Source of the DNA: Gammaproteobacteria bacterium
Lineage (GTDB): Bacteria; Pseudomonadota; Gammaproteobacteria; Eutrophobiales; Eutrophobiaceae
Assembly: GCA_963422205.2 (NCBI GenBank)
Contig: CAXMWX010000001.1
Location: forward strand, 160,001-224,000
DNA length: 64,000 nt
Reading direction: 5' to 3'
The translations under genes were made by a program, and so were the position numbers. Below the pieces are notes generated by a model, which had not been told where the DNA came from, did not search any database, and saw nothing but the letters and a program-made list of their open reading frames with translations. This document shows, piece by piece, positions 11,256 through 21,138 of this stretch (positions are counted from its first letter, which is position 1; the number at the start of each line of letters is the position of its first letter).

Positions 11256-11507
11256 TTAATCCTTGTTGTGCTGCTGTTCCAGATCGGTAATTTTGCTTTC
11301 CAACTCATCCAGGGCGATGCGTGTTCTGGCTAACAGGGCTGACTGTATATCGAACTCCTCCCGAGTGACCAGATTCATCCGCGCAATGGAGGCAGACAAC
11401 GCCGCCCGTATATTTTTCTCGATGTCCTGTTTTGAGCGTTCGATGTTCTCCGGCAGCAGCCGGAACACCTGCTGAACCAGCTCCTCTATCTGTTGTTTAT
11501 TTCTCAT
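11256..11507 (-). CDS. ubiK: Ubiquinone biosynthesis accessory factor
   Basis: LVTREEFDIQ motif and C-terminal coiled coil; usual position between comM and glnK. Confidence 0.9.
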   Translation of the reverse strand: MRNKQQIEELVQQVFRLLPENIERSKQDIEKNIRAALSASIARMNLVTREEFDIQSALLARTRIALDELESKITDLEQQHNKD

Positions 11508-11663
11508 GCCTGGATGATCGATTGTTCTGTGATCCGTTGCCGTTCCGATGGGCAGTCTACCTTATGCAAGCCAGAATTCCATCTTCCAAGCCGCATCATA
11601 GCGAGGCGAGCGGTTTTTATCAGGCCCTGCCAGGCACACTGTCAGGAGTGGCGTTTGCTGCTT

Positions 11664-11680
11664 TGCACAAAACCAGTGCA
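11664..11680. promoter_or_regulatory. NtrC-like binding site upstream of torF-glnK
   Basis: TGCAC-AAAACCA-GTGCA matches the TGCAC-N7-GTGCA consensus. Confidence 0.65.
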
Positions 11681-11754
11681 GCGGCGGTTTGCCGGGGCAG
11701 CAGGGCAGGGGCAATAAATTTTTAATCCATTGTAAAATAAAGAAAATTGGTTAC

Positions 11755-11770
11755 TGGCACAGTTTGTGTA
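11755..11770 (+). promoter_or_regulatory. Possible sigma54 promoter with a non-canonical -12 element
   Basis: TGGCACAGTTTGTGTA has a perfect -24 box and GT instead of GC at -12. An AT-rich tract separates it from the NtrC-like site. Confidence 0.5.
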
Positions 11771-11834
11771 TGTAAAGCATTTTGATGAGGGCTCTCCAGC
11801 CTCTTGACTACTATCGATAATAAGGAGATAGCCA

Positions 11835-12552
11835 ATGCAGAAAGCCCGTTTTGGGGTTATGTATTTTAACCGGTTGTATGAGTTCAGCCGTGCTTGTGGC
11901 TGAACCATCACCACACAGCGTCAGTGCGACCATGACGTTTACCACCGATTATCTATACCGGGGCATATCGCAGACCAGTGAGCAGCCGGCCATACAAGGC
12001 AGTGTTGATTACAGCCATGAACCCTCCGGTCTGTACCTTGGCGGCTGGGGATCCAATGTCGATTTTGCTGCCAGTTCAGAGTTTGATATCTACGGGGGTA
12101 TCGCCGGGGAGCTGGCTAACGGCATGCGCTGGGATGTGGGCGGGGTGTATTATATTTACCCCGGTTCGAGTGCACAGCCAGAGGAGAATTTCGTTGAGGT
12201 GTATTTCAATACCGGTTACACGTTTGCGTATCCTTACCAGCCCACACTGGCGGCGGGCCTGGCGTATTCGCCGGACTTCTTCGGGGAAGATGGGGCGGCC
12301 GTTTATGTCTATGGCAGTGTTGACTTCAGCCTGCCGCATGACTTTGGGCTGTCATTTCATGTCGGCTATCAGGATGTGGCCGGCGATCAGACGACCGGGC
12401 CAGCCGGTTTTAATTACAGCCATTACAGCATCGGGCTTGGCCGGCAGTTTGGCCAGTGGGAGGTGTCGGCTTCCTGGAATGATGCCGAGGATGATTGCGG
12501 CGGCGGGGGGATCTGCCAGGCGGTGGTTGCCAGTATCTCCGTGGGTTTCTAA
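11835..12552 (+). CDS. TorF-family putative outer-membrane porin, with an apparent extra base in TTTTGGGG near 11849-11856
   Basis: TDYLYRGISQT, PAIQGSVDY, GGWGSNVDF and a terminal Phe. The AAGGAG-preceded ATG at 11835 is one base out of frame with the ORF starting at 11851. Confidence 0.85.
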
Positions 12553-12796
12553 TCGGCATCATCAGTCACTGACACCATGTAGCCAGCCCCCCTTGACCTG
12601 CGCTGTTTTGCTGATGGTGTGTGGACGCTGCCGGGCTGGCTTTCAGGTGCTGCGGCCCTCTTCACGCCCTTGGCCTCAGCTTGGGGCGGGCTTTTAAATC
12701 TCTCCTCATCTCAAGCCACCTGCAATTCTGTCGATGGCTTGGTATGATACAGCATGGCAATCAGCCCTTACCTAACAGCCAAGAGGATCAAAGACA

Positions 12797-13135
12797 ATGA
12801 AGCTACTGGCCGCCGTCATCAAACCTTTCAAGCTGGATGATGTCAGAGAGGCCCTGTCACAGGCCGGCATACAGGGGCTGACCCTGACCGAGGTCAAGGG
12901 CTATGGTCGGCAGAAGGGCCATACCGAGTTATACCGAGGGGCGGAGTATATTGTTGATTTCCTGCCCAAAATCAAAATAGAAATCGCCCTGGAAGATAGC
13001 CAGGTGGAGGCGGCGATTGAGGCGATCACAAAGGCCGCCAGCACGGGCAAGATCGGCGATGGGAAGATCTTCGTCTATGGCCTGGATCAGGTGGTGCGGA
13101 TAAGAACGGGTGAAACCGGTGCCGATGCCCTGTAG
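12797..13135 (+). CDS. glnK: P-II nitrogen regulator, copy 1
   Basis: 112 aa; [28 protein letters not shown] (Tyr51), [16 protein letters not shown]. Confidence 0.92.
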   Translation: MKLLAAVIKPFKLDDVREALSQAGIQGLTLTEVKGYGRQKGHTELYRGAEYIVDFLPKIKIEIALEDSQVEAAIEAITKAASTGKIGDGKIFVYGLDQVVRIRTGETGADAL

Positions 13136-13191
13136 CCCCCAACCCTTAGCTGATCGCCTAATCCCCCCTCGCTTCCCGGTCGGGTACAGGC

Positions 13192-13208
13192 TGCACCAGT
13201 TTGGTGCG
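13192..13208. promoter_or_regulatory. NtrC binding site upstream of glnK2-amtB
   Basis: TGCACCA-GTT-TGGTGCG, one mismatch from TGCACCA-N3-TGGTGCA. Confidence 0.8.
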
Positions 13209-13283
13209 GCTGATCCTTAGAATGTACTGGCTGTCCCCCGTCAATCTGAGCTAATTCATTGTTTTTATTTGGTTTATATTTAT

Positions 13284-13732
<449 letters not shown>

Positions 13733-13745
13733 TGAGGACACTACC

Positions 13746-15047
13746 ATGAAGTTATCAACGCTATTTTCTGCAACCCGGCTGCTGGTGCTGCTTGCCGTCT
13801 TAACCCCCATCACAGGCCATGCCGAGGAGGCCGGTGTCAATTCGGCGAATACCGCCTGGTTGCTCACCTCAACCGCACTGGTGTTGTTCATGACCTTGCC
13901 GGGTCTGGCGCTGTTCTACGCTGGCCTGGTCAGGAGTAAGAACGCGCTCTCGGTGCTGATGCAGTGTTTCACCATTGCCTGCGTCAGTTCATTGCTGTGG
14001 TTAATTTTGGTCTATGGCTTGGCCTTCGGCGATGGTGGCCGCATGAACTGGTTTATCGGCCTGGGGAATTTCTTCGCCTCCGGCCTGACGATAGACAGCC
14101 TCAGCGGTGATCTGCCCGAGAGTGTCTTCTTCATGTTCCAACTGACCTTTGCCATCATCACCCCGGCGCTGATCGTGGGCGGATTTGCCGAGCGCATGCG
14201 TTTCTCTGCCGTGGTTTGGTTTTCCGGCCTCTGGTTGATCCTGGTATATGCCCCGGTGTGCCATTGGGTCTGGGGCGGCGGCTGGCTGGCCGACCGGGGG
14301 TTTCTGGATTTTGCCGGCGGTACGGTGGTGCATATCAATGCCGGCGTGGCGGCGATTGTGGCGGCGCTCGTTCTGGGTAATCGCCATGGCTTCCCGCAGA
14401 CGATGATGTTACCGCACAATATGACGATCACAGTGGCGGGGGCTTCCATGCTGTGGGTCGGCTGGTTTGGTTTTAATGCCGGCAGTGCGCTGGCGGCGGA
14501 TGCCAGTGCGGGCATGGCCATGCTGGTCACGCACATCGCCGCCGCATCCGGTTCGCTGGCCTGGATTGCCTGTGAATGGATCAAACACGGCAAGCCCAGC
14601 GTGTTGGGCATCGTCACCGGCATGGTGGCAGGCTTGGGTACGATCACGCCGGCATCGGGTTTTGTCGGCCCGGTGGGCGGGCTTATCATCGGCCTGCTGG
14701 CGGGCGTGATCTGCTATTTTGCCACCCAGTACATCAAGCGCTCGCTACGCATTGATGACTCCCTGGATGTCTTTCCGGTACACGGCGTGGGCGGTGCTTT
14801 AGGCACCTTGCTGACGGCGGTATTCTACGCCTCCAATATGGGCGGGCTGGCAGCGGCCGATTACTCCATCGCCTCGCAGTTGTTGATCCAGGCCACCGGG
14901 GTGCTGGCAACCATACTCTGGTGTGCCATCGTCAGCTTTGTGCTGCTGAAGCTGCTTGATGCGGTGATTGGCTTGCGCGTCAGTGCAGAAGATGAGACCG
15001 AAGGCCTGGACATCATCTCCCATAACGAGCGGGGATATAATTTGTAA
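13746..15047 (+). CDS. amtB: Ammonium transporter
   Basis: DFAGGTVVH, WFGFNAGS, DDSLDVFPVHG; signal peptide from ATG 13746 with a GAGGA RBS. Confidence 0.96.
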   Translation: MKLSTLFSATRLLVLLAVLTPITGHAEEAGVNSANTAWLLTSTALVLFMTLPGLALFYAGLVRSKNALSVLMQCFTIACVSSLLWLILVYGLAFGDGGRMNWFIGLGNFFASGLTIDSLSGDLPESVFFMFQLTFAIITPALIVGGFAERMRFSAVVWFSGLWLILVYAPVCHWVWGGGWLADRGFLDFAGGTVVHINAGVAAIVAALVLGNRHGFPQTMMLPHNMTITVAGASMLWVGWFGFNAGSALAADASAGMAMLVTHIAAASGSLAWIACEWIKHGKPSVLGIVTGMVAGLGTITPASGFVGPVGGLIIGLLAGVICYFATQYIKRSLRIDDSLDVFPVHGVGGALGTLLTAVFYASNMGGLAAADYSIASQLLIQATGVLATILWCAIVSFVLLKLLDAVIGLRVSAEDETEGLDIISHNERGYNL

Positions 15048-15067
15048 GATCAAGCAACCACCCTGGC

Positions 15068-15104
15068 AAAAAAACGGCTGCTTTTGGTGGCCGTTTTTAT
15101 TTTC
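15068..15104 (+). terminator. Rho-independent terminator after amtB
   Basis: AAAAACGGCTGC-TTTTG-GTGGCCGTTTTT stem followed by a T-rich tail. Confidence 0.7.
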
Positions 15105-15219
15105 TCCGGCAGGAAAAGTACCTGCCTGCCTGACAAAACCTGCTATTCCAATCGTATGGCACAGCCCTTAAAATGATACGCTTGGCCCTACACACAAGAC
15201 AGTCGCCCCGGGGAAGAGC

Positions 15220-16272
15220 ATGGTCGAGTTGGTTGATAAAAATTTATTAAAAAAATTCGTGCCTGCAAATGCCTTGAATGCGGACAATTACCGGGAGCTT
15301 TCCGGCAAGACAACGCTGGAGAGTATCGCCGCCGGCAAGGCGGTTTTCAGCATCGGTCAGACAGATCGCAAGACGGTGTTTTTAGTGGAAGGCGAGCTGG
15401 TAGTGCGAAATAACAGTGGCAAAACCAGCCTGGTGAGAGCGGGCACGGAGGCCGCCCGCCATGCCATTGCCAATAATCAGCCGAGAAAACACACCGTCAT
15501 CGCCAAGGTGCCATCAAAAATTATCCGCATTGACAGTGATTTGCTGGATGTATTAATCACCTGGGATCAGTTATCTGGCATTGAGGTGGGCGAAATTGCC
15601 ACTGAGGATGACGATGATGATGAGGATGTAACCAGCGACTGGATGACTCGTATTTTGCAATCGAAGGCATTTTTCAAGGTGCCGCCTGCCAATATCCAGG
15701 CCATGTTCATGCGTATTGAGGAGATCCCGGCCAGTCAGGGCGATACGATTATCAGGCAGGGCGACACGGGCGATTATTATTACATGATCAAGCTCGGCAA
15801 CTGCAAAGTGACACGCACCTCCAAGACCGGCAGCGAACTGGTGCTGGCCGAGCTCAACGATGGCGATGCCTTTGGTGAAGAAGCCCTGTTATCTGAGGAG
15901 AAACGCAATGCCAATGTCATCATGACTTCCAATGGCCGGCTGATGCGCTTGTCCAAACAGGACTTTAACGAGCTGCTGAAAGAACCCATGCTGAGCTGGG
16001 TGAGCCGTGCTGAGGCAAAAAAGCTGGTGGCGGCTGGCGGTGTATGGCTGGATGTCAGATTGAGCAGTGAACACAAGAATAATGCGATCAAAGGCAGCGC
16101 CAACATTCCTTTGTTTATGTTGCGTATGAAAGCGGAGAAACTCGATCCGAAGACAAATTATGTTGTGTATTGCGATACCGGCAGACGCAGCTCCGCTGGT
16201 GCATTTTTATTAAGCGAGAGGGGACTAAGAGCCTATTGCTTGACAGATGGTTTTAGCACAGGTGCTGCTTAG
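15220..16272 (+). CDS. Tandem cyclic-nucleotide-binding domains plus a C-terminal rhodanese domain
   Basis: IIRQGDTGDYYY and FGEEALL...RNANV cNMP motifs; LDVR and YCDTGRRS rhodanese motifs. Confidence 0.85.
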   Translation: MVELVDKNLLKKFVPANALNADNYRELSGKTTLESIAAGKAVFSIGQTDRKTVFLVEGELVVRNNSGKTSLVRAGTEAARHAIANNQPRKHTVIAKVPSKIIRIDSDLLDVLITWDQLSGIEVGEIATEDDDDDEDVTSDWMTRILQSKAFFKVPPANIQAMFMRIEEIPASQGDTIIRQGDTGDYYYMIKLGNCKVTRTSKTGSELVLAELNDGDAFGEEALLSEEKRNANVIMTSNGRLMRLSKQDFNELLKEPMLSWVSRAEAKKLVAAGGVWLDVRLSSEHKNNAIKGSANIPLFMLRMKAEKLDPKTNYVVYCDTGRRSSAGAFLLSERGLRAYCLTDGFSTGAA

Positions 16273-16306
16273 AGCAGGGCTTTAAGCCTGCCCATGGAGC
16301 CTGCCT

Positions 16307-17149
16307 GTGGACCTGGTACTGCCCGCTGATAAAGATAATTATTGTGTCATGGGCAACCCCGTTGCCCACAGCGTATCGCCGGCTATCCATGCTCGCTTTG
16401 CCGCCGAACTACAGCAGCCCGTGCATTATCAGGCATTGCTCGCTCCCAGGGATGATTTCGCCGCCACCCTGATGCGGTTTTTTGAAGCCGGCGGCAAGGG
16501 CTGCAACATCACACTGCCGTTCAAGCAGCAGGCGCTGGGGCTGGCCGACAGGATCAGCCAGCGCGCCCGGCAGGCCGGGGCGGTGAACACGCTTGCCCGT
16601 GATCCGGCCGGCCTTATCCGGGGCGATTCGACTGACGGCATCGGCCTGATGCGTGATCTGGCGCATAAACATATCCACCTGGCGGGCAAGACGGTGCTGA
16701 TTGCCGGGGCAGGTGGCGTGGTTCACAGTGTGATGGCGCCGTTGCTGCACGCCGGGCCGGAGAGGATAACCATCGCCAACCGGACGCTTGCCCATGCCGA
16801 GGCCATCGTGGCGCTGTTTGGCGGCAGTGAGGCGGCGGTCTCCTGCTGTGCTTATCAGGCGTTGCGGGGGAGGCGTTTTGAGGTGGTATTCAATGCCACG
16901 TCAGCCGGCCTGCTGACAGGCGAGGTGCCGCTGCCCGATGGCATTCTGGCGAGCCGTGCCGTGTGTTACGATTTGGCCTACGGCAAGGCGGCCCGGCCCT
17001 TTCTTGACTGGGCAGAGCATAACGGGGCAGCATTGCGTACGGACGGCTTGGGTATGCTGGTAGAACAAGCCGCCGAATCGTTTTATCTCTGGCGTGGGGT
17101 GAGGCCAGAGACAGCCGGTGTCCTGGCTGGCTTGCAGGCACAGATGTGA
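16307..17149 (+). CDS. aroE: Shikimate dehydrogenase
   Basis: GNPVAHSVSP, NITLPFK, GAVNT, GAGG, NATS, GLGMLVEQAA. Confidence 0.95.
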   Translation: MDLVLPADKDNYCVMGNPVAHSVSPAIHARFAAELQQPVHYQALLAPRDDFAATLMRFFEAGGKGCNITLPFKQQALGLADRISQRARQAGAVNTLARDPAGLIRGDSTDGIGLMRDLAHKHIHLAGKTVLIAGAGGVVHSVMAPLLHAGPERITIANRTLAHAEAIVALFGGSEAAVSCCAYQALRGRRFEVVFNATSAGLLTGEVPLPDGILASRAVCYDLAYGKAARPFLDWAEHNGAALRTDGLGMLVEQAAESFYLWRGVRPETAGVLAGLQAQM

Positions 17150-17200
17150 TTAGCTGATCGTGACCCGTGTTGCCCGGGGGCGGATAAGCCCCTTAACCGC

Positions 17201-18517
17201 TTATAAGCCCTGCAATTTATCCATGACATCCGGCAGCCAGGTGATGAGAGCAGGAAAACAGGCCAGCAAAATGATCGCCGCCACCTGTATCAACACAAAC
17301 GGGATAATGCCACGATAGATGTGCTGGATACGTACCGTATGAGGGACGACGGCTTTGAGATAAAACAGGGAAAAACCAAACGGCGGGGTGAGGAAAGAGG
17401 TCTGCAAATTGATAGCGATCAACACCGACAACCACAGCAGATCGATCTGCAGGGACTGGGCAATGGGGGCGAGGATCGGAATAACGATAAAGCAGATCTG
17501 CAAAAAATCGAGAAAAAAACCGAGGATAAAAATCAACAACATGCTGACTAAAATAAAACCCCAGGCCCCGCCGGGCAGACGGGTCATCACATCAAAGACC
17601 AGCATATCCCCTCCTAAGCCTCTGAACACCAGCCCAAAAGCCGTTGCCCCGATCAGGATAAGAAACACCATGCTGGTCAGGCGGGCGGTTAATTGCATGG
17701 CCGCTTTCAGGTTCTCACGGGTCAGCCGCCGGTGCAGGGCGGCCAGAGTCAGGGCGCCCAGAGCGCCCACAGCGGCGGACTCGGTCGGTGAGGCGATGCC
17801 AAAAAATATCGAACCCAGCACGCCGATCACGAGTAATAACGGGGGCAGCAGCGTGACAACGATCGCAAAGAAGAGAGACTCAGTGTCCGGGGCGGCGGCG
17901 ATGGCCGGGGCGGTCTCCGGTTTGCGCCAGGCGGTGAAACTGATATACAGCAGGAACAGCAAGACCAGCAACAGGCCGGGGACAACAGCACCGATAAACA
18001 AACGGCCGACCGGCACGCCCATCACATCGCCCAACAGGATCAAGATGATACTCGGCGGGATGATCTGCCCCAGGGTACCAGCAGCGGCAATCGTTCCAGA
18101 GGCGAGTTCAACCGCATAACCCCGTTTGAGCATGGTGGGCAGGGCGATGATTCCCATTGTCACCACGGTCGCCCCGACAACCCCGGTCGTGGCGGCCAGC
18201 ATGGCCCCGACAATCACCACCGAGATGGCCAGCCCACCGCGTAATTTTCCGAACAAACGTCCCATGGTCTCCAACAGTTGTTCGGCAATGCCGGATTTAT
18301 CCAGCACGATACCCATAAAAATAAACAACGGCACGGCAAGCAGGGTAAAGTTGGTCATAATTCCCCAGATTCGCAGCGGCAGCAGCTTCAAAAAATCCAG
18401 CCCAAGAAAAGCCGTGCCGAACACCATGGCGACAGCGCCCAGCGTGAAGGCGACCGGATAGCCCAGCATGAGCATGCACATGAGACAGACAAACATCAGG
18501 ATGATCCAAAGGCTCAT
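17201..18517 (-). CDS. dctM: TRAP transporter large permease
   Basis: GTLGQIIPPS, PTESAAVGA, SFLTPPFG. Confidence 0.93.
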   Translation of the reverse strand: MSLWIILMFVCLMCMLMLGYPVAFTLGAVAMVFGTAFLGLDFLKLLPLRIWGIMTNFTLLAVPLFIFMGIVLDKSGIAEQLLETMGRLFGKLRGGLAISVVIVGAMLAATTGVVGATVVTMGIIALPTMLKRGYAVELASGTIAAAGTLGQIIPPSIILILLGDVMGVPVGRLFIGAVVPGLLLVLLFLLYISFTAWRKPETAPAIAAAPDTESLFFAIVVTLLPPLLLVIGVLGSIFFGIASPTESAAVGALGALTLAALHRRLTRENLKAAMQLTARLTSMVFLILIGATAFGLVFRGLGGDMLVFDVMTRLPGGAWGFILVSMLLIFILGFFLDFLQICFIVIPILAPIAQSLQIDLLWLSVLIAINLQTSFLTPPFGFSLFYLKAVVPHTVRIQHIYRGIIPFVLIQVAAIILLACFPALITWLPDVMDKLQGL

Positions 18518-19037
18518 CGCTCTTCCCCGGTCAACAGGTAGATGAGATTTTGCAGCGCCTGGCTTACCCCCTGAATCATGAGCAACAGAAAAGCAGCAGG
18601 AATGACCGCTTTTATCAGCCAGCGATGCGGCAGGCCGCCCGGATCAGGCGAGCTTTCCCGGTGCATATAGGCTTGTTCTATAAATGGCCAGGTGCTGATG
18701 ATGATCAGCAGCGCAAAAGGCATGAGCATGAACAGGGCGCCAAGCAGATTGACCCAGGCACGCTTGCGAGGATTCATAAAGCGGCTTTTATAAAACAAGT
18801 CCAGGCGCACATGATCATCATGCTTTAAGGTATAGGCCGCGCTGAGTAAAAAAATCATGGAGAACAGGTGCCATTCCATTCCTGTAACGCGATAGAGCCG
18901 CTTTGAAACAGATACCGCATGGTCACATCGTAACTGACCAGGAGAACCAGCACTAACACCAGCCAGGAGACAAGCCTGCCGCTGAATTCCGTGAACCTGT
19001 CAAGTGCCTGTTGAATATGTCGCAGTATGGATAGCAT
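18514..19037 (-). pseudogene. dctQ: TRAP transporter small permease, one base missing near 18878
   Basis: The N-part (VSYDVTMRYLF...SIALQE) and C-part (EWHLFS...HVRLD...ESSPDPGGL) are in different frames. Adding one base restores ALQExEWHL. Confidence 0.85.
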
Positions 19038-19190
19038 GGTGTGCAGTGTTATTCCTTTAAGCCAAGGTAGCTTAATTCATTCTTTCAATAAAAACCATGC
19101 AGCACCCAAAGAGGATCATCGGGGATCACAGGGTGTTTTGATCTTAAATTTTATGCTTGTTTGTCTTGCGTGTTTGTGTGCCGTGCAGAT

Positions 19191-19982
19191 TCAAGGCTGT
19201 GCCATGTAATTGGCGATCCTGATATAGTCGCTGATGCTTAATTGCTCGGCCCGGTGCGCTGTTGGGATAGTCAACCGGACCAGGTCTGTCTTGCTGATAT
19301 GCTGCTTGAGCGAGTTACTGATTTTTTTCCGTCGCTGGCTGAATGCAGCGCGTACGATGGCGGCAAACCTGTCCTGATTTAAGATGCGCTGTTTGCGATC
19401 CGCATCGGGGGTGATCCTGACCAGGCTGGAGTCCACCTTGGGTGGTGGTGAGAATGCACCGGGCATCACATCGAATTGTTTGCTCACCCGACACTGTGCC
19501 TGCAACATCACACTTAATCTGCCATAACTCTTCCCGCCACAGTCGGCACAGATCCGCTCCACCACTTCTTTTTGCAGCATAAACAGCATGTCAGCAATAT
19601 GCCGGGTGGCATTGAGCAGATGAAATATCACGGCGGTGGAGATATTATAAGGCAGATTACCAACGATAAAAATTTTATCCGCCGCATAACAGGAAAAATC
19701 AAACTGCAACACATCACAGGCATGTATCTGTACGCTGTAACCCGCCAGTTTTTGGTGCAGACATTCCACCAGATCACGGTCAAGTTCAATGAGTTCAAGG
19801 CGGGGGTATTTCTCTGCCAGGTGTGTTGTTAATGCGCCCCGCCCCGGGCCGATTTCAATGATGCGCTGTTCGGTGCCTGCCGGCAGGCAGTGCATGATTT
19901 TGTCGATGATATACGCATCGTGCAGAAAGTGTTGCCCAAGTCGTTTGTTTGGCCGTTCCCCCGGTGCGTATTCTGATCTCAT
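19191..19982 (-). CDS. rsmA: 16S rRNA adenine dimethyltransferase
   Basis: KRLGQHFL, EIGPGRG, GNLPYNIS, FSPPPKVDS. Confidence 0.96.
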   Translation of the reverse strand: MRSEYAPGERPNKRLGQHFLHDAYIIDKIMHCLPAGTEQRIIEIGPGRGALTTHLAEKYPRLELIELDRDLVECLHQKLAGYSVQIHACDVLQFDFSCYAADKIFIVGNLPYNISTAVIFHLLNATRHIADMLFMLQKEVVERICADCGGKSYGRLSVMLQAQCRVSKQFDVMPGAFSPPPKVDSSLVRITPDADRKQRILNQDRFAAIVRAAFSQRRKKISNSLKQHISKTDLVRLTIPTAHRAEQLSISDYIRIANYMAQP

Positions 19983-21004
19983 GCTGGCCCCGGCTTGTGG
20001 TGATTGACCAGTGTAATGGCCATGTTGACCGCGGCGATGAGGCTTTGCGGATCAGCCTGCCCGGTGCCAGCCAGTTCAAACGCCGTGCCGTGATCGACCG
20101 AGGTTCTGATGACCGGTAAGCCAAGCGTGACGTTGACGGTCTCGCCAAAGCCGTGCGATTTGATAACCGGCAGGCCCTGATCGTGATACATGGTCAGCAC
20201 CACATCGGCCTGTTTCAGCACAGCGCTTGTGAACGCGGTATCGGCTGGCACCGGCCCGTGAAGTGCATAGCCCTTGGTCTGTAAATTCTGGGTCTGTAAA
20301 TTTTTCACCACCGGTGCAATGATCCGAATCTCCTCATCGCCCAGATAACCTTGCTCGCCAGCATGTGGGTTCAGCCCGCAGATCACTATCCGTGGCCGGG
20401 CAAGCCCAAACCTCTGCCGTAAATCTTTCGCAACGATCGTAATCGTCTGTTGCAATCGCTCGGTGGTAATCGCCGCGGCCACCTGATGCAGTGGCAGGTG
20501 GGTGGTGACCAGTGCCACCCGGCAGAAATCATTGACCAGCAACATCACCGGCAGATAGTCGCCGCACAGTCCGGCGATATACTCTGTATGCCCGGAGAAC
20601 GCAAAACCGGCCTCGGCGATCACCGATTTGCTCACCGGCCCGGTGACCATGGCAGCACACTCGCCATCAAGACAGGCGGTGACGGCGGTCTTGATGGTCT
20701 TGAGTACGTAGCTGGCGTTTGCCCGACTCGCCCGACCAGCAGTGACGTCAGCGGCCAGCTGCTCATCAACAAGCCATAGCTCACCGGGGGTGTGTCGGGC
20801 GCTGGGCGCGTGGGGATCATACTCTCGCAGGGACACTGTCAGGTTAAGATCGTCTGCGCGTTGCTGTAGCAAGGTCTTGCTGGCGCTGACGATCAACTGG
20901 GCCGGGAAGGTGTGTTGTGCCAACAGCAAGACCAACTCCGGGCCAATACCGGCCGGCTCGCCCGCGGTGAGCATGATCTTTGGGATGGGTGTGCCTGCTG
21001 TCAT
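19979..21004 (-). CDS. pdxA: 4-hydroxythreonine-4-phosphate dehydrogenase
   Basis: GEPAGIGPE, GHTE, GLNPHAGE, MYHDQG, RTSVDHGTA. Confidence 0.96.
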   Translation of the reverse strand: MTAGTPIPKIMLTAGEPAGIGPELVLLLAQHTFPAQLIVSASKTLLQQRADDLNLTVSLREYDPHAPSARHTPGELWLVDEQLAADVTAGRASRANASYVLKTIKTAVTACLDGECAAMVTGPVSKSVIAEAGFAFSGHTEYIAGLCGDYLPVMLLVNDFCRVALVTTHLPLHQVAAAITTERLQQTITIVAKDLRQRFGLARPRIVICGLNPHAGEQGYLGDEEIRIIAPVVKNLQTQNLQTKGYALHGPVPADTAFTSAVLKQADVVLTMYHDQGLPVIKSHGFGETVNVTLGLPVIRTSVDHGTAFELAGTGQADPQSLIAAVNMAITLVNHHKPGPA

Positions 21005-21138
21005 GATGCGTTATTTTCCACGAACACCTGAAGCGTACCTGCTCGTGCTCGCTATGCCGGCCACTTAGCCCCGCTGATCGGTGGTATGCCGTGACATCTA
21101 AAACAGCCACGCCGCCTGTGTTAAGTCAAGGTCACCGA

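Noticed and set aside
20276-20302. 15-bp-period duplication in pdxA (NLQTQNLQT)
   Set aside because: A single in-frame slippage in a variable region with no wider pattern.
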